Below, piece after piece: positions 17,251 through 25,059 of a stretch of DNA of 60,167 bases. Source of the DNA: a virus (taxonomy: Duplodnaviria; Caudoviricetes); the IMG/VR virus record IMGVR_UViG_3300017783_000017, positions 1-60,167 of that record; one strand, 5' to 3'. Both the position numbers and the translations under genes were made by a program. The number at the start of each line of letters is the position of its first letter. Position 1 is the first letter of the stretch. The notes below the pieces were generated by a model that saw only the letters and a program-made list of their open reading frames with translations, ran no database searches and had not been told where the DNA came from.

Positions 17251-18385
17251 AATGTTAAGATTAATTCTAACATTCGCATTTTTTCTTTCGAGCACCTCAA
17301 CCGTTTATGCTAATTTGTCAGCAGGCAATATTGGCGAAATGAAAGGCTCTGGCGTGCTTGAAAGGCGAAATGATGTAATTACAGGTGGCGCAGGCGTAAG
17401 TGTGCAAAGTATGGACACTGCGGTTACAGCTAACGGTAAAATGAGAATTGATTTTATTGACGAAACACGAGTAGATTTAACAGAACATTCAAGACTTTTG
17501 ATTGACGAGTTTGTCTATGACCCTGCAAACGATATAGGCAAACTTTCAATTAAGGCCTCCTTAGGAGGTGTGAGATATGCTTCAGGCCAAATAGCAAAAA
17601 AATATAGACAAAACGTACAAATTAAAACACCATCTGCTACAATCGGAGTTAGGGGAACCGATTTTATATTAGTAGTAGACGAGGCGGGCGGCACGATGGT
17701 AACACTTTTACCCTCTTGTGATGTAGATGGGTATTGCTACACAGGAGAAATAGAAGTGGAAACCGATGCTGGCTTTGTAATTATGAACCAAGCCTTCCAA
17801 TCCACCATGGTTACACACGGCATGCGTCCCCCGACTCCCCCTTTAATTTTAGATATAGGCGAATCAGAAATCAACCAACTATTAATATTACGTAAGAAAA
17901 AACCTTATGAAGAAGAGGAAGATGAAATACGTAAAAAAACAAAAAAGATGTTTGATTTTCTTGATATAGATTTTTTAGAATTTGACGAACTTAATAATGA
18001 TGCACTAACATCAGATGTGCAAAATATATGGGCTACAGAGTTAGATGATAGCGATTACTATCTATCTGATTTGTTAGTTGATATGTTAGATGTTTTAAAT
18101 TTAGCATTAGCTAACTTATTTAGAGATCAACTTAAACTGGAAAACCAAGAAATATTTAGACAAAAACAAATTACAGGATATGACGAAACAACACGTATAT
18201 TCCTTGATTACGAAGAACCTACATATCATATAAGAAGAAAAGATATTTCGTTAAACAACAATATAGATATAAAATTAAATGATCAATACGGTTATACTCT
18301 AAACATAGAACAGCAAGACGAAGCAGTGTATGAATATCTACTTGGTGTAGGTGCTAATAGTATAGATATAAAGCAGAGACAATAA
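17243..18385 (+). CDS. FecR-domain periplasmic protein
   Basis: Signal peptide. D...T......I.F.D.T.V.L.E.S.L.ID and IKTPSATIGVRGTDF motifs of the FecR domain. Confidence 0.85.
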   Translation: MTKMLRLILTFAFFLSSTSTVYANLSAGNIGEMKGSGVLERRNDVITGGAGVSVQSMDTAVTANGKMRIDFIDETRVDLTEHSRLLIDEFVYDPANDIGKLSIKASLGGVRYASGQIAKKYRQNVQIKTPSATIGVRGTDFILVVDEAGGTMVTLLPSCDVDGYCYTGEIEVETDAGFVIMNQAFQSTMVTHGMRPPTPPLILDIGESEINQLLILRKKKPYEEEEDEIRKKTKKMFDFLDIDFLEFDELNNDALTSDVQNIWATELDDSDYYLSDLLVDMLDVLNLALANLFRDQLKLENQEIFRQKQITGYDETTRIFLDYEEPTYHIRRKDISLNNNIDIKLNDQYGYTLNIEQQDEAVYEYLLGVGANSIDIKQRQ

Positions 18386-19839
18386 TGAAACTAACAGGAA
18401 CACATTTAGGAATCTTAGTTATAGCATTATACTTTGTTTTTCAGGCTTGTCCTGTGCAAGCTAATGATGCCTTTATATATTATAGTAACGGTAGCCCAGG
18501 CACCACCGCTCAATACAATCATTTAAAAAGCGAACTTGAAGATTTAGGATTTACTGTGACAGGAAGTACAAGTGGCACAGTAAGTTCAAGTGCAATATCA
18601 GGCCAAGATTTAGTTATTGATATGGCAGGAACTTCAAACTGTGGTAGTACTTGTAAGACAGCGTATGACAACTATGTAAATGGTGGTGGTAAATTACTCA
18701 TAGTAGGAGTCAACGGTGCAACCAACAGAAATGGCAATATAGAATCACTGATTGAAAATAAAATGGGTGTGGGATCAATGACATGGTATTCCCAAAGTTG
18801 TAGCGGCTGTTTTGCTTCAGTTGCAGTAGGCGATTATGCTTCAAGTACATCAAGTGAAAACACATTGCCAGGACCAGACAAATTGTTTACAGCAAGTGGC
18901 GGTACAGCAATGGCCAAAAACAGCACAGGTAATAATTATATGAGTTGGTATAAATGGGGCTATGGTTCCAATGGTGGTACCGTAATGGTCACTACTGGTT
19001 ATGGACAGTTTTTATCATATAATTCTCTTGTTGATAATCAAAATGCTTTCTTGTTAAGAGCATTGCAAGAAGAAGGATTAGTTGCAACAACAGTGACTTA
19101 CACATCAAGTATAAGCAATGCACAGACCACACAAATAACAACATCAAGAGCAGTAACACATAGTGGTAATGGTATATACATCGAGCAAGTGGGCAATGAC
19201 AACGAGTTAACTATCGACCAAGAAGGCGATAACAATCTTATCGCAGGCACTGGTAGTACAACTACTAATTATGAAAATGCAGAAATTACTGGAAGTAACA
19301 ATGTTACTACGCTAAATCAAAATGGTACTAACAATGTAATGTTGTTTGATATCACAGGCAACTATAACGATACAACTGTTGACCAAGGCGGTACTACAGG
19401 TTCAGACGATAACAGAGCCGAGTTTAACATCAATGGCGGCTTTAATACAACAAGTATTACGCAAAATCATGCCAATGGTATTGGAACTAATGGACACTTT
19501 GTTGCATTAGATCTTGACGGTGACGACAACAATGTTTTGACAAGTCAACTTAATGATGGAGATAAGAAAGCATTTCTAAGTGTACAAGGTGACGACAATG
19601 ATATAGACCTATACCAACAAGGCTCAGGCTCGCACTATGCAGAAATATCTGTAGGCAATGATCAAACAATTGATGTAACACAAGACGGAAGTGGCAATCA
19701 CAATGCCAGTATTTCAATGTCAGGTTATACATCAGGTTTGGATCTTACACAAGATAGTTCAACAGGAAAAACTTATTCTATAATGCAAAATTGCTTAAAC
19801 GCAAATGGTTGTGGCACAACTACTATTACACAAAACTGA
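18385..19839 (+). CDS. Secreted protein with an N-terminal alpha/beta (GATase-like) domain and C-terminal curlin repeats
   Basis: Signal peptide ending VQA. LKSELEDLGFTV...YVNGGGKLLIVG. C-terminal IEQVGNDN, IDQEGDNN, LNQNGTNN, QQGSGSH.A, TQDGSGNH.A repeats. Confidence 0.7.
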   Translation: MKLTGTHLGILVIALYFVFQACPVQANDAFIYYSNGSPGTTAQYNHLKSELEDLGFTVTGSTSGTVSSSAISGQDLVIDMAGTSNCGSTCKTAYDNYVNGGGKLLIVGVNGATNRNGNIESLIENKMGVGSMTWYSQSCSGCFASVAVGDYASSTSSENTLPGPDKLFTASGGTAMAKNSTGNNYMSWYKWGYGSNGGTVMVTTGYGQFLSYNSLVDNQNAFLLRALQEEGLVATTVTYTSSISNAQTTQITTSRAVTHSGNGIYIEQVGNDNELTIDQEGDNNLIAGTGSTTTNYENAEITGSNNVTTLNQNGTNNVMLFDITGNYNDTTVDQGGTTGSDDNRAEFNINGGFNTTSITQNHANGIGTNGHFVALDLDGDDNNVLTSQLNDGDKKAFLSVQGDDNDIDLYQQGSGSHYAEISVGNDQTIDVTQDGSGNHNASISMSGYTSGLDLTQDSSTGKTYSIMQNCLNANGCGTTTITQN

Positions 19840-19857
19840 AAGGGAAGGATTAAAAAA

Positions 19858-20133
19858 ATGGAAATGGGCTTTAACGAGATAGCAAAAACTTGTCTCGATT
19901 TAGAAGGGTATGATAGAAACTTACCTGTTGAAGAAAGATTTGAAGAATTTGATTTTAGAAAGGCCGCAGGGTGTGCATCTAAGGGTAGAGTTGCACTATA
20001 CATAAAAGATAATTATGATACTGCGGCTTTCTTAAAAGCAAATCCTCATTTCAGATATCCAGGCGGATCAAATGGAAACATAGACCCGTGCTGGGGCAAG
20101 AACAAAAGATATCTTGCAAACGGAGGATGTTAA
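19858..20133 (+). CDS. Hypothetical protein (4 Cys)
   Basis: 91-aa ORF with purine-rich SD, in operon orientation. Confidence 0.55.
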   Translation: MEMGFNEIAKTCLDLEGYDRNLPVEERFEEFDFRKAAGCASKGRVALYIKDNYDTAAFLKANPHFRYPGGSNGNIDPCWGKNKRYLANGGC

Positions 20134-20134
20134 A

Positions 20135-20350
20135 ATGAGTAACTTTAATCAAGATCATATGTTTACAAAGCTACAAAAAATGTATTTTTTAGGATGTGGT
20201 ATATTAGTAGCATTATGTATGACTTACATTACATTTTTATATTTTGAGTATAGAGTAGTAAATGCAACATGGGAAACTACATTTGTTTCGCCTGCGGCAT
20301 TTTGGGACGAAGTACCGGACTGGAAATGGGAACCTATATTTAAGGGGTAA
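20135..20350 (+). CDS. Small single-pass membrane protein
   Basis: GGAGG SD before ATG 20135. Hydrophobic segment YFLGCGILVALCMTYITFLYF. Confidence 0.6.
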   Translation: MSNFNQDHMFTKLQKMYFLGCGILVALCMTYITFLYFEYRVVNATWETTFVSPAAFWDEVPDWKWEPIFKG

Positions 20351-20358
20351 ATAAACAC

Positions 20359-20616
20359 ATGTTCGGATGGTTTCAAAAGGAGCACACAGATGCAGAACAA
20401 CAAGAGGATTGGATTCCTAAGCGAGTTGCAGAGCTTAAATCCAGAATCGCCGCTCTTGAAAGCCGCATCGGAAGGCATAAAGAATCCAATCAAAGTACAC
20501 AAGCACACTCCGAGCATGTGGTGGATACGCGAACAGAGAAAACTGAATCAGCCCAAGCCAGCAAAAAAGATCTTGAAATGATGGCTCTAAAAGCCAAACT
20601 TATGGGTAAAAGATAA
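20359..20616 (+). CDS. Small coiled-coil hypothetical protein
   Basis: 85 aa, AAGGGG SD, RVAELKSRIAALESRI heptads. Confidence 0.55.
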   Translation: MFGWFQKEHTDAEQQEDWIPKRVAELKSRIAALESRIGRHKESNQSTQAHSEHVVDTRTEKTESAQASKKDLEMMALKAKLMGKR

Positions 20617-20619
20617 ATA
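20612..20619 (+). promoter_or_regulatory. Late promoter GATAAATA
   Basis: Consensus followed by a ~70-nt leader containing GAGGGC and a CACC-TTTC-GGTG hairpin. Confidence 0.6.
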
Positions 20620-20688
20620 CACTTGTAAGCGAAGCGTGAGGGCGTTTCAGAAAGTCACCTTTCGGTGCATTCACAGAAAGCAATACCC

Positions 20689-21171
20689 ATGATCGATCCC
20701 GTATCGGCTATAGGAATGGCAACAGCCGCATATCGCGGAATTAAGTCAGCAATAGACACTGGGCGAGAACTGCACGACATGGCAGGGACTCTATCTCAGT
20801 GGGCAGGTGCAATGTCTGACTTAGACTTTTCACACAAACAAGCCGAAAATCCACCAATGTTCAAAAAACTGTTTGGCGCAAGCCAAATAGAACAAAATGC
20901 TCTGGAAATTTGGGGGCATAAACAAAAAGCAAAAGAAATGCGCGATGAAATGAAAACACACATAAGTTTTTATTATGGTCCAAGTGCCTGGGATGAAATT
21001 GTACGCATCGAAGGCGAAATGCGCAAGAAACGTGCGGCAGAAGTTTATAAAGCTGAAGAACGTAAACAATTAATCTTAGAATGGGTAGTCGGAATAACTT
21101 TAGCGGTAGTAGGCCTATCTGTATTAGCTTTTGTTTTTTGGTTAATAGGAGTTGGCACAGGAAAATGGTAG
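20689..21171 (+). CDS. Membrane-anchored coiled-coil protein with C-terminal TM
   Basis: Likely start MIDPVSAIGMA at 20689. C-terminal WVVGITLAVVGLSVLAFVFWLI. Confidence 0.65.
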   Translation: MIDPVSAIGMATAAYRGIKSAIDTGRELHDMAGTLSQWAGAMSDLDFSHKQAENPPMFKKLFGASQIEQNALEIWGHKQKAKEMRDEMKTHISFYYGPSAWDEIVRIEGEMRKKRAAEVYKAEERKQLILEWVVGITLAVVGLSVLAFVFWLIGVGTGKW

Positions 21172-21172
21172 T

Positions 21173-21361
21173 ATGTGGATATTAATTTACTTGGCATTAT
21201 CTGCAGGCGGAGCCATGCAAAATTATCATATAGGAACATTTACTACACAAGAAGAATGTGCCGCAGAACTTAGCAAAGCACATGTGTTAGTAAAATCAAA
21301 AGGCCAGTCTATAGATTGCATCGAAATTGTAATTGACGAGACTTACATAAAACTTAACTAA
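21173..21361 (+). CDS. Small exported protein with a Cys pair
   Basis: MWILIYLAL hydrophobic start, F.TQEEC...C pattern. Confidence 0.55.
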   Translation: MWILIYLALSAGGAMQNYHIGTFTTQEECAAELSKAHVLVKSKGQSIDCIEIVIDETYIKLN

Positions 21362-21369
21362 ATAATTGT

Positions 21370-21573
21370 ATGTTATTAGAGTTGGCTATGGCTGGCTTCT
21401 TAACCTGCAACTTATACAAGCAAGAAATTGTAGGTGAAGATAGGCAGTGTTATTATAAATGCACAGACACTTCAAAGGATTACGCATCTACTTTGAAACA
21501 GTACCAATGCCCTAAACGACTACAAGTAGACAGACCTCCTTTAAAATTTAAAGACCGTATCAAAGACAAATAA
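21370..21573 (+). CDS. Small Cys-rich exported protein
   Basis: 67 aa with TC.L...RQCYYKC...QCPK. Confidence 0.55.
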   Translation: MLLELAMAGFLTCNLYKQEIVGEDRQCYYKCTDTSKDYASTLKQYQCPKRLQVDRPPLKFKDRIKDK

Positions 21574-21576
21574 ATA
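21569..21576 (+). promoter_or_regulatory. Late promoter AATAAATA giving a near-leaderless cyclase mRNA
   Basis: Consensus ends 4 nt before ATG 21581, with no SD. Same geometry as 9441. Confidence 0.6.
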
Positions 21577-21580
21577 CAGT

Positions 21581-23632
21581 ATGACCAAGTATATTACACA
21601 TTGGGCTGTGGCCTTAGTTACGGCTTTTATTATGATAGGTTTCCACTACAATGATAGCTCTGTAGTGCAAACGGCTCGGCTGAAGTCATTTGATATACTT
21701 CAACAAACAGATCAGCCAACATTATCCCAAGATATTGCTGTCGTCACTATCGACGAAAGCGCCATTGAAAAGTACGGACAATGGCCTTGGAAGCGTGATG
21801 TTCTTGCAGATATAATCTGGAAGCTTCGTGAAGCAGGTGCTGGCATTATTGTAATGCCTATGTTATTTTCAGAGCCAGATAGACTTGGCGGTGATATAGC
21901 ATTAGCCGAAGCACTTGTAGATAACGGCGTAGTGATTGCTCAAACAGGATCTACACAAGCCAATCGCAACTCGGTCCCGCGAGGAATTGCGAAGATAGGA
22001 GACCCACTGCCATACATGTTTGAATGGCCGGGGATGCTGGGACCTATTCCATTGTTAGGAGAGAATGCAGACGGTGTAGGAGTGTTGAACACTTTCCCAG
22101 AGATCGATGGCGTTGTACGTAGAGTACCTCTTCTTATGCGTATCGGGGATGATACGTATCCTGCTTTAGCAGTGGAAGTAATCAGAGTAGCAACAGGAAA
22201 TCCAAGCTATCAAGTGAAAGCTAATCAAGGTGGGATTGAAAAAGTAAGAGTTCCGGGGTTTCCAATAATAACCACAGATCCAAATGGACAAATTTGGTTA
22301 CGTTGGAATAAAGATTTTGAAACTATAAGTGTTGCTGACAATGATTTAAGTACAGTAGCAGGTAAAACTGTTATTGTAGGAGTAACTGCTGAAGGAATTG
22401 GCGGAATGATAGCATCACCAACTGGTCCAAAATATAATTACATTCCTTCAGCAGTTATGCTCCAGACTGTAATAGATGGAGATCAGATACAACGTCCATA
22501 CTGGGCGTTTTTGGCTGAACTACTTACTACAGCTATTTTAGGCCTTTTATTAGTATTATTAGCTCGTTTTACACCATATTACATAGTTGGTGGGTCTATA
22601 CTACTCTTTAGCGGAAGTCTTGCTTACGGAGCGTTATACGCTTGGCAAGAGTACCTTTATTTGCTTGATGTTACTATGCCGGTGATTACAGTTCTAATCG
22701 TCGGATTACATGCAGTGTTTAATAGATTTGTAAGTGAATACACACAGAAACAAGCAATTAAGAAACAGTTTGCAGGATATGCAAGTCCAACAGTAGTACG
22801 TTTACTACAAGAAAATCCTTCATTAATTAAAGAAGGAATGAAAAAAGAAGTTAGTATACTGTTTAGTGATTTGCGTGGCTTTACACCATTAGGCGAATCG
22901 TTCGGTGATGATGTTAAAGGCTTAACTAAAATTATGAATGGCTATATGGATGCTATTACGCAACCTATATTAGATTCAGACGGTATGGTTATTAAGTATA
23001 TCGGCGATGCAAGTATGCACATACACAATGCGCCAATAGACGATCCAGAACATCCTAAAACAGCAATACAATGTGGATTGAATATGTTAAGTGCAGTGGA
23101 GAAATTTAATGATAAAATTACAGCAGAAGGAAGGCCGCCCGTTGGAATGGGTGCCGGCATCAATACCGGCCTTGGCTATCTTGGAGAAATGGGTAGCACA
23201 GCAAGACATTCGTACGATGTGTTGGGAGACGCAGTATCAACAGCCGCAAGAATTGAAAGCAAGTGTAAAGAATACGGATGTCTCCTCTTAGTAGGCGAAA
23301 GCACATACAAAGAAACTAAAGATGATTTCTTTTATCTAAAAGTAGATGACTTACAAGTAAAAGGTAAAAGTGTAGGATTAAGCATTTATACTGTGTTAGA
23401 TTTAGAAGGAACACACGCTCAAAAGAAAAGTCAAGAAATGCACGAGCGTATGCACGATGCATACAAAGAACAAAAGTTTGATGAAGCTATTTACATATGC
23501 GAAAGACTAAAAAGGCACTTTAATGCAAAAATGCAAGGCTATTATGATATGTGGATTGAACGCTGTGAATACATGAAAACACAAGACCTACCAAAAGATT
23601 GGAATGGTGTGTTTATAGCAACTTCTAAATAA
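21581..23632 (+). CDS. CHASE2-domain class III adenylate/guanylate cyclase
   Basis: N-terminal TM; CHASE2 (IDE.AI..YGQWPW.R, DGVVRRVPL); three TMs; cyclase motifs FSDLRGFT, KYIGDA, GINTG, YDVLGDAVSTAARIE, VKGK; C-terminal W.GV. Confidence 0.92.
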   Translation: MTKYITHWAVALVTAFIMIGFHYNDSSVVQTARLKSFDILQQTDQPTLSQDIAVVTIDESAIEKYGQWPWKRDVLADIIWKLREAGAGIIVMPMLFSEPDRLGGDIALAEALVDNGVVIAQTGSTQANRNSVPRGIAKIGDPLPYMFEWPGMLGPIPLLGENADGVGVLNTFPEIDGVVRRVPLLMRIGDDTYPALAVEVIRVATGNPSYQVKANQGGIEKVRVPGFPIITTDPNGQIWLRWNKDFETISVADNDLSTVAGKTVIVGVTAEGIGGMIASPTGPKYNYIPSAVMLQTVIDGDQIQRPYWAFLAELLTTAILGLLLVLLARFTPYYIVGGSILLFSGSLAYGALYAWQEYLYLLDVTMPVITVLIVGLHAVFNRFVSEYTQKQAIKKQFAGYASPTVVRLLQENPSLIKEGMKKEVSILFSDLRGFTPLGESFGDDVKGLTKIMNGYMDAITQPILDSDGMVIKYIGDASMHIHNAPIDDPEHPKTAIQCGLNMLSAVEKFNDKITAEGRPPVGMGAGINTGLGYLGEMGSTARHSYDVLGDAVSTAARIESKCKEYGCLLLVGESTYKETKDDFFYLKVDDLQVKGKSVGLSIYTVLDLEGTHAQKKSQEMHERMHDAYKEQKFDEAIYICERLKRHFNAKMQGYYDMWIERCEYMKTQDLPKDWNGVFIATSK

Positions 23633-23953
23633 TTATTTTTTACCAGTGCTGTCAAATTTTTGATTTGTTACATCACTGTATTTGTTGACAATTTCTTCAA
23701 GTTCAGCTCTACGCTCTTTATCAAGTTTTGCTTCGTTTTCTAAAGCCATAGTAAGTTTTGTATTCAAGCGTATCATGTCGTTGTCTAACATGCGAACTCT
23801 GTCAACCAGTTTTATTAGTGTAGCCATAGCATCACCAACGACAGGTTGAATTTCGGTCGTAACCCATTTCCAAATATAATATACAAAGTAACCTAACCCA
23901 GTAGCCGCGACTATTGGAAAACCATAATCACTTACTACTTGACTTAGATCCAT
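23633..23953 (-). CDS. GFPI-motif (YvrJ-like) single-TM coiled-coil protein
   Basis: YGFPIVAATGLGYFVYYIW, then RVRMLDNDMIRL. Paralog of 24168-24446. Confidence 0.7.
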   Translation of the reverse strand: MDLSQVVSDYGFPIVAATGLGYFVYYIWKWVTTEIQPVVGDAMATLIKLVDRVRMLDNDMIRLNTKLTMALENEAKLDKERRAELEEIVNKYSDVTNQKFDSTGKK

Positions 23954-24167
23954 ATTTTTCCTTTTCGTATTTCATTAATAACGTGTTCACCTCGTCTGAC
24001 TTAACAAGCCATCCGTTTTCGTTAACAATAAAGACATCGCCTGGTTTATATAACCAATGAGATTTTGGCGTACCGTCTTTTTGAACACCCATTACTTCTC
24101 CGGGCCAATCACCTTTGACAGTAAAATTATCTCCAGCTTGTTCTACAGTATAGTCTAACCAAATCAC
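23928..24167 (-). CDS. Hypothetical small beta protein
   Basis: 79 aa between the two GFPI genes. LYKPGDVF.V motif. Confidence 0.6.
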   Translation of the reverse strand: MIWLDYTVEQAGDNFTVKGDWPGEVMGVQKDGTPKSHWLYKPGDVFIVNENGWLVKSDEVNTLLMKYEKEKYGSKSSSK

Positions 24168-24446
24168 TTAATCTCTCCTTGCATCTTCTTTGCCTTCATT
24201 TGCCGCAATCCTATCTACATTAGGTTTTACCTTTAGTGCATGGCTCATAAGCGCATCGATCTTCACAAGATCATTATTCATAGTTTGCACACGATTGTCA
24301 AGACCACTTGTAATATTTTTTAATCCCTTGACAGAACCTGTAACACCTGCTAATATAAATTTTAATGTAGTAAAAACAAATAAACCGGCTGCCAATGCTC
24401 CTGCTATCGGAAACCCTAAATCTGCTACTAAACTTAAAAAGTCCAT
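24168..24446 (-). CDS. GFPI-motif (YvrJ-like) single-TM coiled-coil protein
   Basis: LGFPIAGALAAGLFVF, then NRVQTMNNDLVKID. Confidence 0.7.
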   Translation of the reverse strand: MDFLSLVADLGFPIAGALAAGLFVFTTLKFILAGVTGSVKGLKNITSGLDNRVQTMNNDLVKIDALMSHALKVKPNVDRIAANEGKEDARRD

Positions 24447-24474
24447 AATGGATTGCCCTCCACTTGTATTTATA
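24447..24474 (-). promoter_or_regulatory. Late promoter and leader (copy 2 of the 19-bp element)
   Basis: The minus strand reads TATAAATACAAGTGGAGGGCAATCCATT then ATG. Confidence 0.75.
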
Positions 24475-24490
24475 ACAAAATCTTACGTTT

Positions 24491-24592
24491 GATAAATACA
24501 TATGTCAGATAGTGTGCCGCAAGGCGGACTTATGCTGTACCCACAGCGTAGCTCATAGAACGGGCATAGGACTACTATTATAGGAGAAAACA
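24491..24592 (+). promoter_or_regulatory. Late promoter plus multi-hairpin structured 5' leader
   Basis: GATAAATA 24491-98; ATAGT 24509-13/ACTAT 24574-78; GCC-GCAA-GGC; TATGCTGT-ACCC-ACAGCGTA; GCTC/GGGC. Confidence 0.6.
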
Positions 24593-25042
24593 ATGGGAAG
24601 ACCACTTAATAAAAGGTTGATGGGAACGCCGACAGCAGCCGGCAACGAAATCAAAGTAAACTTTCATAACGGCACAGCAGTTAAAGAAGGTTATATCGTA
24701 AAGCAAAAAGGCTCAAAGAAATTTGTATGTGAAGAAATTGGAACAGCAGGCGAATTTACTTGTACACTAACAACTGGTAAATTACCAGCGGCATTAGCGG
24801 CAGGCGAAATGGCTATTTCATTCAAAATGGACGACAGTGAAACTTACACAGTAAGTAAAATTGCTGGACGTAAAGCAACTTTATCTGCTCCAAGTGGAAC
24901 AGGTGCAAACGCTTATGACGGACTTAGTGTAGCGTGGAACTTTAGCACAAGTACTTCAGATGGTGCGGCACAAGTTGAAGAAGCTGGTGACGACAACACA
25001 TTAGTAGGTACTGATGACGACGACTTCACAGAAGACGCATAA
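24593..25042 (+). CDS. Conserved hypothetical virion-associated protein
   Basis: 149 aa, strong AGGAG SD, MGRPLNK...GYIVKQKGSKKF motif. First gene of the structural block. Confidence 0.65.
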   Translation: MGRPLNKRLMGTPTAAGNEIKVNFHNGTAVKEGYIVKQKGSKKFVCEEIGTAGEFTCTLTTGKLPAALAAGEMAISFKMDDSETYTVSKIAGRKATLSAPSGTGANAYDGLSVAWNFSTSTSDGAAQVEEAGDDNTLVGTDDDDFTEDA

Positions 25043-25059
25043 AGCATAAGGATTGAATC

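Noticed and set aside
21581-23632. Cyclase as a Pycsar/CBASS-type defence enzyme
   Set aside because: It has a membrane CHASE2 architecture and purine-specifying K/D residues, and no cyclic-nucleotide-binding effector gene is adjacent.
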